Made by a program: the position numbers and the translations under genes | Notes under the pieces: model-generated | The model's database searches: none | What the model saw: the letters and a program-made list of their open reading frames with translations, nothing else | What the model was told of the DNA's origin: nothing | Part shown: piece by piece, positions 29,598-39,614 of the stretch | Layout: every line of letters begins with the position of its first letter | Position numbering within the stretch: position 1 is the first letter of the stretch | NCBI GenBank assembly: GCA_050015075.1 | Contig: JBEKCB010000007.1 | Coordinates: 109,747-173,746 of the forward strand | DNA: 64,000 nt | Origin: Candidatus Brocadiia bacterium | Lineage (GTDB): Bacteria > Planctomycetota > Brocadiia > CAIUPP01 | Direction of reading: 5' to 3'

Positions 29598-31391
29598 TTA
29601 TTCGACGCGGAGGACGATGAGGCTGATGTCGTCGCTTTGCGGTGCGCCCGTGGCGAACTCGCGGACGGCGGCGCTGATGCGCTTCACAATCTCATCGGCG
29701 CCGGCATCGCCGACCCGGCGCACCAGGTGCAGCAGGCGCTTCAGGCCGAAGATTTCGCCCTGGGGGTTGAGCGCCTCGGTGACGCCATCGGTGTAGAAGA
29801 CGAGCAGGTCGCCTCGGCGCAACGGCACGTCGGCCTGCTCGTATTCCTCGCCCAGGTCGGCGCCGAGGACCATGCCGCCTTTTTCGAGCGGCTCGGCCCG
29901 GCCGCCGCGGATGACCAGCGGCGGGTTGTGCCCGGCGTTGGTGTACGAGACGATCCGCCGGGCCGGGTCCAGCACGCCGCAGAAGAGCGAGACGAACTGG
30001 CCGGAGCGCGAGTCGTGGCAGAGGTTCTTGTTCAGCCGCCGCATCAACTGGCGCGGCTCGGTGGTGCTTTCCAGGTGAGCGCGCAGCGCGGCGCGCGCCG
30101 AGGCCATCAGCAGCGCGGCCGGGACGCCCTTGCCGGCCACGTCGGCGATGACGAAGGCGACGCGGTCGCCTTTGACGCGGATGAAATCGTAAAAATCCCC
30201 GCCGACTTCGCTGCACGGGATGCTCTGCGCGGCGATGTCGAATCCGGTCACGGTCGGCGGGTGCTCCGGCAGGAGTTGCTCCTGGATCCTTCCCGCCCAG
30301 CGCAGTTCGCGGTCGAGCTTGCGCTTCTCGATGCTCTGCTGGTAGAGCTGCGCGTTCTCGATCGCCACGGCGGCCTGGTTGGCCAGCGACCGCAGCACCT
30401 GCACCTGGTCGGGGTCGAAATGCCGCTGGTCGGCGGTGTAAAGGTGCAGCGTGCCGATGGGCCGCTTCTTGCTGATCAGGCCGAGCGAGATGCCGGAGCG
30501 GATGCCTTCGGCCTGCGCCTCCTTCGGGTACGTCACGCGCGGGTCGTGGAGCATGTCGAAGGTCTGGACCACCTCGCCCTTGAGCGCGGCGCGGTCAATT
30601 TCGCTCCGCTCCACCAGCACGGGGCCTTTGTCGAGGTAGCGCTGGCTGAGGTTGTAGAACGACTTGATGACGAGGCGCTTGCCCTGCGCGTCGAGCAGGC
30701 GGATCGAGCAGCCCTTGGCGCCGGCCGCCTCGGTGGCGCTCTTGGCGACGAGCTTGAGCAGTTGGTTCAGGTCCAGCGTTCCGGCGAGGAGCTTGCTGAC
30801 CTCGTAGAGCGTGCTGATCTCGCGCAGCTTGGCGCGCAGCTCTGCGCCCTGGTAGCAAAGGCCCGCGACGCCGTTGGTGATCGAGACGAGCAGCGTGATC
30901 GCCTGGGTCATCTCCGCTTCCGACCACGGCCGGACGGTGTTCAGCGCCGAGCGGAGTTTTTTCTCCGGGATGCCGCTGCGTTGCGCCAGTTGGGCGATGC
31001 GCGCCGCCGAGACCTGGCCTTCCGGCTGGTCGCCGGTGACGATCGTCCCGACGCAGGTGTTCTCGACCTCGATGGGCGCGGCGAACTGCGAAAGGCCCGC
31101 GTGGCAGACGTACTTGACCACGCGATGCTCTTCGGCCGCGCGCGCCACGGCCCGGCGGTTGCTTTCGCGGCAGCACGTCTCGCCGTATTGCGAACCGGTC
31201 ATGAGCGAGCAGAACGTGTTCTGGCAGCTCGGCCGCGTGACCGGCCGGCCCTGCAGGTCGCGGATGACCACGGAGACGCCGGTGACTTCGGCGAACCGGT
31301 CCTGCATCCGCTGGAGGACGCCGACGTCCACCAGCTCCGCGAGAGGGGTCTCGCGGATGAGCTTGCGAAGCTGGGTGTCGGCTTTCGCCAT
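29598..31391 (-). CDS. PocR sensor-GAF-SpoIIE (PP2C) phosphatase
   Basis: LQRMQDRFAEVTG, YVCHAGL..FAAPI, GAF domain, VGGDFYD, IADVAGKG, NAGH, YTDGVTEA, DDISL. Confidence 0.9.
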   Translation of the reverse strand: MAKADTQLRKLIRETPLAELVDVGVLQRMQDRFAEVTGVSVVIRDLQGRPVTRPSCQNTFCSLMTGSQYGETCCRESNRRAVARAAEEHRVVKYVCHAGLSQFAAPIEVENTCVGTIVTGDQPEGQVSAARIAQLAQRSGIPEKKLRSALNTVRPWSEAEMTQAITLLVSITNGVAGLCYQGAELRAKLREISTLYEVSKLLAGTLDLNQLLKLVAKSATEAAGAKGCSIRLLDAQGKRLVIKSFYNLSQRYLDKGPVLVERSEIDRAALKGEVVQTFDMLHDPRVTYPKEAQAEGIRSGISLGLISKKRPIGTLHLYTADQRHFDPDQVQVLRSLANQAAVAIENAQLYQQSIEKRKLDRELRWAGRIQEQLLPEHPPTVTGFDIAAQSIPCSEVGGDFYDFIRVKGDRVAFVIADVAGKGVPAALLMASARAALRAHLESTTEPRQLMRRLNKNLCHDSRSGQFVSLFCGVLDPARRIVSYTNAGHNPPLVIRGGRAEPLEKGGMVLGADLGEEYEQADVPLRRGDLLVFYTDGVTEALNPQGEIFGLKRLLHLVRRVGDAGADEIVKRISAAVREFATGAPQSDDISLIVLRVE

Positions 31392-31436
31392 GATTGATGT
31401 TACCGAACAGAGCCTTGAATGACTCGTTTCCTGTTC

Positions 31437-31524
31437 ATCGTAATCTTACTCGTAATCGTAATCGCCGTCCATCCGTCGCCGTCCGGAAGGCGATTACGAG
31501 TAAGATTGCGATTGCGATTACGAG
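31437..31524. repeat. Imperfect inverted repeat of CGTAAT/ATTACG hexamers (REP-like)
   Basis: atcgtaatcttactcgtaatcgtaatcgcc faces ggcgattacgagtaagattgcgattgcgattacgag. Confidence 0.6.
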
Positions 31525-31573
31525 ACTTGTTGGATGGCGATCTCGCTGGCGAAACTCAGTGCGCGTGCCTCAG

Positions 31574-31622
31574 AAAAAAACGGGGAGAGCCTCCGCGGCA
31601 TGCGCCACGGCCGCTCTCCCCG
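31574..31622 (-). terminator. Intrinsic terminator after the corrinoid protein gene
   Basis: CGGGGAGAGC...GCTCTCCCCG stem followed by T7 on the minus strand. Confidence 0.75.
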
Positions 31623-31649
31623 CCGAACTCTTGCGCCGGCGTCCGCTGA

Positions 31650-32339
31650 TCAAGCGACCCCTAACAGTTCCTTGGCCTTGTCCACGGCGGATGCGGCGTC
31701 CGGAGCATAACCCTGCGCGCCGATCTCGTCGGCGTAGCTCTGCGTCACCGGCGCGCCGCCGATCATCACTTTCACGTCCTTCAGCCCGGCCTTGCGGACC
31801 GATTCGCACACGGCCTTCATCTGCGGCATGGTGGTCGTGAGCAGCGCGGAGAGGCCGATGAGCTTCACGCCCTGGGCCTTGGCGGCTTCCACGAACTTCT
31901 CCGCCGGCACGTCAATTTCGAGGTCAACGACTTCGAAGCCGGCGCCGCGGAGCATCATGCAGACGAGGTTCTTGCCGATGTCGTGCAGGTCGCCTTTGAC
32001 CGTGCCGAGGATCACCTTGCCGCGCGACTTCACGCCCGCCTTGGTCAGGTAGGGCTGCAGGATTTCCATCGCGCCCGGCTTGGTGGCGGCCTCTTTGGCA
32101 TTGGACATGGCGCGCGCCGCGATCAGCACCTCCGGCACGTAGAACTCGTTGGCCTTGAAGCGGCGGCCGACTTCGTTCATGCCGGCGATCAGCCCGTCGT
32201 TGAGGATCGTCGCGGGCGGCACGTTCGCCGCGAGCGCCTTCTTGACCAGCTCCACGACCACTTCCCGCTTGCCGTTGATGATCGCTTCCGCGAGCGGCTT
32301 CAAGTCCGCTTTCTGCCCGCCGGCCTGTGCCTTCGCCAT
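31650..32339 (-). CDS. Corrinoid (cobalamin-binding) methyltransferase protein, MtbC/MetH cap plus B12 domain
   Basis: FYVPEVLIAARAM, GDLHDIGKNLV (DxHxxG), SALLTTT, GGAPV. Confidence 0.93.
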   Translation of the reverse strand: MAKAQAGGQKADLKPLAEAIINGKREVVVELVKKALAANVPPATILNDGLIAGMNEVGRRFKANEFYVPEVLIAARAMSNAKEAATKPGAMEILQPYLTKAGVKSRGKVILGTVKGDLHDIGKNLVCMMLRGAGFEVVDLEIDVPAEKFVEAAKAQGVKLIGLSALLTTTMPQMKAVCESVRKAGLKDVKVMIGGAPVTQSYADEIGAQGYAPDAASAVDKAKELLGVA

Positions 32340-32471
32340 TTACGTCTCCTTCCCTAAGGATTGTTGGGGTCGGTTCGCGCCTCGTTTTCCGCCCGGAACG
32401 TGCGCCTTTCGGGAATTATGACTTGCGCAGCGTTCCCTGTCAACTGAACTCCAAACGCAAAATGTTCCCGC

Positions 32472-34724
32472 TCAATCCTTCGCGCCGGCGGCCGCCTCCG
32501 CCAGTCGGCGCGTGGCGGCGAGGTCCGGTTTCCCGCTCGGCAGGAAGGGCAGGCTCTCGACGCGGTGGAAGTCCCTCGGCGACGGCAGCCACAGGTTCGG
32601 CACGCCGCGCTCGGACATTCGATGGAGCAGCGCGCCGGCGTCCAGTTCGGGCCCGGAATAGACGACCACGACTTTTTCCCCGCGCACGCGGTCCGGGAGC
32701 GTCACCACGGCAAAGCTGCGCTCGGCCTCGGGCGACGCCGCGGCGAGGGCGGCTTCGATCACCATGTGCGGCACCATCTCGCCGCCGATCTTGCTGAACC
32801 GCGAGATGCGGTCATGAATGTGGAGGAACCCGTCCTCGTCCATCGCGCCGATGTCCGCCGTCACGTACCAGTCGAGCCGCCGCAGGCCCGGTTCCGGCGG
32901 AGGCGGACCCTCGCGAAACGCCGCCGCGGTGGCGCGCGCGTCATCCATGTAGCGCATCATCACGCTCGGCCCGCGGACGAGGATGACGCCGGGCGCGTTG
33001 CCGGCCGCCGGCCGGAGCGTCTCGCGGTCCGCGACGAGGATGCCCAGTCCCGGCAGCGGGCGGCCGACGGAGCCGACACGCGAGCCGATCTGCTTCACGG
33101 GGCCGTCGCGGACGTCCGGCACGTTGACGGACACGACCGGCGAAAGCTCCGTGCAGCCGTAGCCTTCGGTCAGCGGCAGGCCGAACCGCGCCTCGAACGC
33201 CTCCGCCACCGCCGGGACGAGCTTCTGCGCCCCGGCGACCGCCAGCCGCAGCGAGCGGAACTGCTCCGGCTCGCAGCCGCGCACGTAAAGCGCGAAGAAG
33301 GACGAGGTCCCGGCGATGACCGTCGCGCGGTATTTCGCCACCATGCGGCCGACGCCTTTCGCGTCGAGCGGGTTCGGGTGATAGACCACGCGCATGCGCA
33401 CCGTCAGCGGCGTCCAGAGCGTGGCGGTGAACCCGAACGAATGGAACGGCGGCAGCATGCCCATCATCGTGTCCGACGGGCCGAAGCGCATCACCTCCGA
33501 AAACGCCTCGATGTTGCTCACGATATTGTGATGCGAGAGCATCACGCCCTTCGGCTCGCCGGTGGCGCCGCTGGTGAACATCACCGTGGCCAGGTCGTCC
33601 ATCGCGCCGCGCCGCATCAGCAGGCGCTCGGCGATCGCGTTCGGCGTGATCGCCGCGAGGAGGTAGCACAGCACCCGGTCGCGCCGCGGCATGCCGCGCA
33701 TCACGTCCTCGAGATAAACGTATTCCGGCCGCTCCGGCAGCCCCGTCCGTTGCAGGAGCCCGCGCGAGGTGAAGACCGTCTTCAGCCCGCAGCGCCGGAT
33801 GGCGACGGCGATGGAGGCGCGCGCGCCGGTGAAGTTCAGGTTGACCGGCACGCGGCCGGAGATGAGCGTCGCCGCGTTCATCAGCGCCGCGCCGACCGAG
33901 GCGGGCATCATCATGCCGACGCTCTTCTGCCCGCGACAGCGCCGGTCCATCCAGCGCGAGAGCATCAGCGCGCCCGCGAGCGACGCGCCCCAGGTGAGCT
34001 CCTGGCCGGTCGAGTCGGCCATGCACAGCCGCCGCCATAAGAACGGGCTCGACCGCGCCGCGCGCCAGAACTTGACGTGCAGCGGAAGTTGGAATCGCTT
34101 CCGCAGCGCGAAGGCGTCCGACCCCAGGTCCAGGACCGCGCGGCGCACTTCCGCGGACGAGCTGTCCGGCGGCAGCGGCGCGCCGAACACCACCGTCAGC
34201 GGCCGCGGGATCCGCTTCGGCCGCTTGAAGAAGTAGCGGCCGCCTTCGAAGCTGAAGACGCTGCCCCAAAGCCCGTCCATGTACACCGGCGTGATCGGCA
34301 CGTCCGCCCGGCGCGCAATCAGTTCGAGGCCGCGCTTGAATCCGTGCACGTGGCCGGTGCGCGTCATGCCGCCTTCGGGAAACAGGCAGACGACTTCGCC
34401 CGCCTTGAGCGCCGCGACGACGCCCGCGATGGATGTCTTGATCGCCTCGGGCGCATCATCCGGGGCCACGGGGATCGCCCCGAACGCGCGCACCAGCGGG
34501 CCGGTGAACCACGCGTCGAAGAACTTCCGCCAGATCAGGAACCGAGGCGGCCGCTCCAGGGCGTAGCCGAGGATGATGCTGTCCACGTAGGAAACGTGGT
34601 TGCAGACCAGCAGCGCCGGGCCGCGCGCCGGCAGGTTCCGCGCCCCGATGACCGTGACGCGGTAGAACACCCGCACCAACGGCCGCAGCAGAAAGCGAAG
34701 AATCCGCCACCCGGTGAGATTCAT
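32472..34724 (-). CDS. Aas-like acyltransferase / acyl-ACP synthetase
   Basis: NHVSYVD and FPEG (PlsC); FTSGATGEPKGV, EGYGCTE and RFSKIGGEMV (AMP-binding). Confidence 0.9.
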   Translation of the reverse strand: MNLTGWRILRFLLRPLVRVFYRVTVIGARNLPARGPALLVCNHVSYVDSIILGYALERPPRFLIWRKFFDAWFTGPLVRAFGAIPVAPDDAPEAIKTSIAGVVAALKAGEVVCLFPEGGMTRTGHVHGFKRGLELIARRADVPITPVYMDGLWGSVFSFEGGRYFFKRPKRIPRPLTVVFGAPLPPDSSSAEVRRAVLDLGSDAFALRKRFQLPLHVKFWRAARSSPFLWRRLCMADSTGQELTWGASLAGALMLSRWMDRRCRGQKSVGMMMPASVGAALMNAATLISGRVPVNLNFTGARASIAVAIRRCGLKTVFTSRGLLQRTGLPERPEYVYLEDVMRGMPRRDRVLCYLLAAITPNAIAERLLMRRGAMDDLATVMFTSGATGEPKGVMLSHHNIVSNIEAFSEVMRFGPSDTMMGMLPPFHSFGFTATLWTPLTVRMRVVYHPNPLDAKGVGRMVAKYRATVIAGTSSFFALYVRGCEPEQFRSLRLAVAGAQKLVPAVAEAFEARFGLPLTEGYGCTELSPVVSVNVPDVRDGPVKQIGSRVGSVGRPLPGLGILVADRETLRPAAGNAPGVILVRGPSVMMRYMDDARATAAAFREGPPPPEPGLRRLDWYVTADIGAMDEDGFLHIHDRISRFSKIGGEMVPHMVIEAALAAASPEAERSFAVVTLPDRVRGEKVVVVYSGPELDAGALLHRMSERGVPNLWLPSPRDFHRVESLPFLPSGKPDLAATRRLAEAAAGAKD

Positions 34725-34998
34725 CTGTCCTAACTTATTATCACCATACGTGTTGCGATAACTATATCATAACATGCCTTAACACAGCATGTTATGATAA
34801 ATTGGATTCGTTTTTTCAAATAGCTTTTTACGTCTCAACCTCTTCCCCAAGTGCATCTTGCGATCTGTCAAACGCGAATATATTGTACCATGGCGTATGA
34901 TATCCTGTCAAATCTAACTCATAAGAATTCTAATATTGCGAGTGATCCTTTAGCCTTCAGCGCTATGCGCCGTTGCGCCGCCGAAATCGAGTCGGCCC

Positions 34999-36339
34999 TC
35001 ACTTCGCCGGGGCAACACGGAACTTATACCCGCCGACGTCGCTGAAGTAGATGCGGTCCTGGTTGGCGTCGAACCAGGCCTGCCATCGCTCCGGCGTCCG
35101 GAAGCTCTCCACCGTGTACCGTTTCAGCAGCAGGCGGCCCTTTTCCGCCGTCCGCGCGTCCTTGAGCAACGCAATCATCTGGCCCAGGGCGGCGACGGTG
35201 CGGTTCGACGGGATGTCGGCGGACTTGAGGTCATCGTCCACGCGATAGCCCTTGTCGTAGCAGACAAGCTCCAGGTTATCCTGAAAGTAGTTTACGAAAG
35301 CGTCGTGCTTGCCGAGATACTGCTTTATTAGCTCGGGCGGGAAGGTTCCGCTGAGCGTCTTCTCGGGATCCTTGATCTCGTCAATGATCGAGGCAATCCT
35401 AACCGCGTGCTCTCGCGCGAACTGCACGCGATGGACCAGCGGCGCCACGCCGTCGAACTTGCGGATGTAGCAGACGCAGTTCAGGAAAAGCGCGCGCCCG
35501 GCTTCGGTCATCTGCGAGGGCGGCGAAGAGTAGCCCCACTGTAAAAAGCTCGCATGTCGCCCGACGCCGACGTCGCCGTATTCCTTGCCTGTGTTGTAGC
35601 CTTGCGCCAGCACCTCCGCATCGGGCGAATCGGCGTAGCCGGAGCCATATGAAACAACGCTGCCGTAGTCCTTCCCGCTGTTCTGCACGCGCCAGACTTT
35701 AATCTTCGGAGGCAGCTCCTTGCCGGCCGGCGAGCGGCGGTAGTTTTCCGGCGTCGGCCACATCTCGAATGCGGGCTGAACGGGGAACGGCTTCTGGAAC
35801 ACCTCGTGATTGAGCGGCTCAAACTGAGCCGCGTCGCTCATGCAGTTTCACTCATACCCCGTCTTGAGCCGAAGCTGATTGCCGATCAATCCTCCGGCCA
35901 CGCCGACGGTCACCGTCGCATGGGCATAGTTCTGCGACAGCTTCGGCCGCGGCGCATGGAGGGCCTCCACGCCGTCACCGTCATAATCCAGGATCGCCAC
36001 GTCGAACCCATCGGCGCTCTTGTCGTCGAAGGTCGCCAGGTCGCCGGTCTGGACCTGCGTGAAATACTTGCCCAGGAACTCGACGAAATCCTTCTCGCGC
36101 GCCGAGCCCGGATGACCGGCATAGAGGATGCGCATGGCGATCTTCGCCGGCGGCGCGGGTTCCTCCGCCGCGGTCCCGACGGCGCTGACGATCTGGCTGA
36201 GGTTCATATTGCAGGCCTTGCGCGCGTCCTCATCGGCGGCGGAACGGATTGCCGGCAGGAGCAGAACGGCGACCAGGATGACCACGCTCACGACCACCAG
36301 CATTTCGACGAGCGTAAGACCGCCACGCGCAGTTTTCAT
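34999..36339 (-). CDS. Putative selenoprotein with a prepilin-type N-terminus. In-frame UGA at 35850-35848 joins ORFs 35848..36339 and 34999..35841
   Basis: Minus strand reads ...AAG ACG GGG TAT GAG TGA AAC TGC ATG AGC GAC..., i.e. KTGYE-U-N-C-MSD, in one frame. A hairpin follows the UGA. N-terminus GLTLVEMLVVV...CNMNLSQI. Confidence 0.6.
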
Positions 36340-36439
36340 GGGCGACCCTTTCCCCTGAATAATCGCGTTCATCCGGCGCCATTATACACGCTGGACCGAC
36401 GGAAATGTGTGAGAATCCGGAACGCGCCTATCCGGCTCT

Positions 36440-36646
36440 CTAATCTTCAAAGGTGAAGATGTCCTCAATCCCGCGCTTGAAAGTGCGGGCAATTCGGAAC
36501 GCAAGCCCCAGCGACGGTGTGTACTTGCCGCTCTCGATGGCGATGATGGTTTGCCGTGTCACCCCGACACGTCCGGCCAGCTCCTCTTGCGTCATCTCGC
36601 CGTGCTCGAAACGCAAGCGCCGGACGCAGTTGGATATCTCAGACAT
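36440..36646 (-). CDS. XRE-family HTH transcriptional regulator
   Basis: [29 protein letters not shown]. Confidence 0.9.
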   Translation of the reverse strand: MSEISNCVRRLRFEHGEMTQEELAGRVGVTRQTIIAIESGKYTPSLGLAFRIARTFKRGIEDIFTFED

Positions 36647-37049
36647 CGTCGGCCTCCGCGTGGCGTCTGTAACCCACCAGTACGGCGATTGCGCGCACGA
36701 GGTAGCACGTCATCCAGCCCGACAACACGATAGCGGGAAGCACATGTACGGATACCTGCGAACGCCCATGAAACATGAAGGCCGCAAACCACACGCCCAT
36801 GAGACCCAGAACGAAAATCATGTAAGATGCCGCAAAGCCGGCTATTGTGGCCTTGCGCAAGATGCTTATGTCCCGCTCGTCAGGCTTCTCTCGGCGTCCG
36901 ATGAATACGGCGAAACCGTTAACCCCGAAGAACCCGAAGGCCGCTGTGGCTGCATGAACCCCGACGAACGGCGCCAGGGCGGCGAATAAAACGACGCACA
37001 CGGCGCAAGTTATCACAGCCAACCACGCGCGTTTCTGCTCTGCATTCAT
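36639..37049 (-). CDS. Membrane protein (DUF2178-like)
   Basis: Four TM helices with DERD motif; overlaps the XRE gene. Confidence 0.7.
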   Translation of the reverse strand: MNAEQKRAWLAVITCAVCVVLFAALAPFVGVHAATAAFGFFGVNGFAVFIGRREKPDERDISILRKATIAGFAASYMIFVLGLMGVWFAAFMFHGRSQVSVHVLPAIVLSGWMTCYLVRAIAVLVGYRRHAEADDV

Positions 37050-37063
37050 GGCTCCGCCCCTTA

Positions 37064-37111
37064 TGTAAAGGTAACTGTACATAGTGTAATGCATACTTTA
37101 CACGGTGTCAA
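37064..37111 (-). promoter_or_regulatory. Sigma70 promoter with two 18-bp palindromic operators
   Basis: TTGACA-17 nt-TACACT. TGTA-N10-TACA sites at 37064-37081 and 37085-37102. Confidence 0.65.
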
Positions 37112-37300
37112 GCAATTTCTCGGTCGCCTGCAGGTCTTAAACCAGCTTCACAGAGGCTCGCCGGCACGCCGAGTGAGGGCGCGTGAAATCGCTCTAAGAC
37201 AGCATAGGCATGATCCGGAAAACCGAGTGCCAGTTGAAAAATGAGCCGCAAGGGTATAGATTGCCGCGTGGCGAATGCCGGCACAGAGAGGCGGTTCGAA

Positions 37301-38251
37301 ATGAAGATCGTTGTGCTCGACGGCCATACGCTGAATCCCGGCGATTTGAGCTGGGACGAACTGAAGGCGCTCGGCCCGACCGAGGTTTATGACCGCACGC
37401 CGCCGGACCAGGTCGTCGCGCGCGCGAAGGACGCGGAGATCGTCCTCACCAACAAGACCGTGCTCGACGCGGCGGTCCTCCGGCAGTTGCCCCAACTGAA
37501 GTACATCGGCGTCCTCGCGACCGGGTACAACGTTGTGGACATCCGGGCGGCGCGCGAACGGCACGTTTCGGTGACGAACGTTCCGACCTACGGCACGCCG
37601 TCCGTGGCGCAGATGGTTTTCGCGCACCTGCTCGAGCTGACGCAGCACGTGGCGCACCACGCGCAGACCGTGCGCGATGGGCGCTGGACGAAGAGCGCGG
37701 ATTTCTGCTACTGGGATTTCCCGCTGATCGAGCTGAAGGGCCTGACGATGGGGATCGTCGGCTACGGCCGGATCGGCCGCGAGACGGCCGCCGTCGCGAA
37801 GGCGTTTGGGATGAAAGTGCTCGCGGTCGAAGAGGCCCCGAAGCCGGCCGAGCCCGGGGTGGAGTTCGTCTCGCTCGACGACCTCTTCCGCCGCAGCGAC
37901 GTGGTGAGCCTGCATTGCCCGCTCACGCCGGAGACGAAGGGCCTGGTCAACGCGCAGCGGCTGTCGCTCATGAAGAAGACGGCCTTCCTCATCAACACCA
38001 GCCGCGGCCCGCTCGTCGAGGAGCAGGCGCTGGCCGACGCGTTGAACTCCGGCCGCATCGCCGGCGCGGCGCTCGACGTGCTGGCCGTCGAGCCGCCTCC
38101 GCCGACGCACCCGCTCCTGAAGGCGAAGAACTGCCAGATCACGCCGCACATCGCCTGGGCCACCCGCGCCGCGCGCGAACGCCTGATGAAAGCCGCCGTG
38201 GACAACGTCCGCGTCTTCCTGGCCGGCGGCCGGCAGAATGTGGTGAATTAA
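37301..38251 (+). CDS. D-2-hydroxyacid dehydrogenase (glycerate dehydrogenase-like)
   Basis: MKIVVLDG, GYGRIG, SLHCPLT, INTSRG, LDVL..EPP, TPHIAW. Confidence 0.92.
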   Translation: MKIVVLDGHTLNPGDLSWDELKALGPTEVYDRTPPDQVVARAKDAEIVLTNKTVLDAAVLRQLPQLKYIGVLATGYNVVDIRAARERHVSVTNVPTYGTPSVAQMVFAHLLELTQHVAHHAQTVRDGRWTKSADFCYWDFPLIELKGLTMGIVGYGRIGRETAAVAKAFGMKVLAVEEAPKPAEPGVEFVSLDDLFRRSDVVSLHCPLTPETKGLVNAQRLSLMKKTAFLINTSRGPLVEEQALADALNSGRIAGAALDVLAVEPPPPTHPLLKAKNCQITPHIAWATRAARERLMKAAVDNVRVFLAGGRQNVVN

Positions 38252-38260
38252 GTCTTTAGT

Positions 38261-38350
38261 TCACCACCACGACACGACGAGCACGACGTACGGACTCGGA
38301 AGAGAAAATTCGTTTGGCCTTACGTCGTGCTCGTCGTGTCGTCGTGGTGA
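38261..38350. repeat. Long intergenic inverted repeat (about 30-bp arms)
   Basis: tcaccaccacgacacgacgagcacgacgta faces tacgtcgtgctcgtcgtgtcgtcgtggtga. Confidence 0.75.
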
Positions 38351-38385
38351 GCGCGTGCCTTTGTGGTGCGGGTTAGCGAGGAACT

Positions 38386-39609
38386 ATGACGCCCGCGACC
38401 GAGAAGAGACCTCCGATGCGGCTGCTCGAGATCGCGCTCGACCGGGGCATGATCACGGACGCGCAACTGGAGATGGTCCGCGCGGAGCACACGCAGGTCG
38501 CCGCGCAGGGCCGCAGCAAAACGCCCACGCGCATTGCGATCGAGCGCGGCATCCTCTCCGACCAGGACGCGCACGACCTGGAGACCGAGGCGTGGATCCG
38601 CGAGCTGCCCTCGGACCTGGACGAATACCGCCTGGTGCGGCTCGTCGGGCGCGGCGGCATGGCCGTGGTGTTCGAGGCGCAGGACGTCTCGCTCGGCAAA
38701 ACCGTCGCCATCAAGTTGCTCCTTCCGGAATTCTCGTCGAGCGATTCCTACCTGGCGCGGTTCCATCGCGAGGCGCGCATCGCCGCGCGGTTCACGCACC
38801 CGAACACGGTGCAGGTCTTCCGCGCCGGCGAGAAAGAGGCGGTGCAGTTCCTGGTGATGGAGTTCGTCGAGGGCGAGCCGATCTCCGCGGTCCTGCGGCG
38901 GCGCGGCCGCATCCCGGAACGCGACGCCTTCGACGTGGCCTTGCAGGTCAGCGGCGCGCTCGAGGAAGCCGCCAGCCTCGGCGTCATCCACCGCGACGTC
39001 AAGCCGGGGAACATCCTCATGTCGAAGTGGGGCGTCCCCAAGCTGGCGGATTTCGGCATCGCCAAGGAGTTCGCCGACATCCGCGACGCGCGCATCCAGC
39101 AGTCGCTCACGATGGGCGTCGTCGGCACGCCGACGTACATGTCGCCCGAGCAGGCGCGCGGCGCGCGGGACATTGATTTCCGGTCGGACATCTACTCGCT
39201 CGGCGCGACGCTCTACCACATGGCCGTCGGCGAGCTGCCGTTCCCGGCCTCCACGCCGCAGGAGACGATGGTGCGCGTCGTGGCCGAATCGCCGCGCCTG
39301 CCGCGCACCGTGTTCGCGAATCTCTCCGAATCCGCCGCGGCGGTCATCTGCAAAATGATGGCCAAGAACGCCGCGGACCGGCACGCCTCGTACCCGGAAC
39401 TGAAAGCCGACCTGGCCGCCGCGCGCGACGGCCAGCCGGCCTCGATCAGCTACGCGGAAGCGTGCCGCCTGATGACGCCGGCCGGCCGGCCCGAGGAAAT
39501 CCGCGCGCCCGCCGCCGGCGGCCGCCTGCTCCGAATGCTCGCCGTCGCCGGCGCCGTGGCCGCCGTCGGGCTGGCGCTGATGCTGCTGATGACGCGCGGA
39601 TGCGGTTAG
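38386..39609 (+). CDS. Ser/Thr protein kinase with C-terminal TM helix
   Basis: GRGGMA, VAIK, HRDVKPGN, DFG, YMSPE. Confidence 0.92.
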   Translation: MTPATEKRPPMRLLEIALDRGMITDAQLEMVRAEHTQVAAQGRSKTPTRIAIERGILSDQDAHDLETEAWIRELPSDLDEYRLVRLVGRGGMAVVFEAQDVSLGKTVAIKLLLPEFSSSDSYLARFHREARIAARFTHPNTVQVFRAGEKEAVQFLVMEFVEGEPISAVLRRRGRIPERDAFDVALQVSGALEEAASLGVIHRDVKPGNILMSKWGVPKLADFGIAKEFADIRDARIQQSLTMGVVGTPTYMSPEQARGARDIDFRSDIYSLGATLYHMAVGELPFPASTPQETMVRVVAESPRLPRTVFANLSESAAAVICKMMAKNAADRHASYPELKADLAAARDGQPASISYAEACRLMTPAGRPEEIRAPAAGGRLLRMLAVAGAVAAVGLALMLLMTRGCG

Positions 39610-39614
39610 AGCCG

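Noticed and set aside
32340-32471. Cobalamin riboswitch upstream of the corrinoid gene
   Set aside because: The spacer is short and lacks the conserved GGGAA/GCCACTG/B12-box elements.
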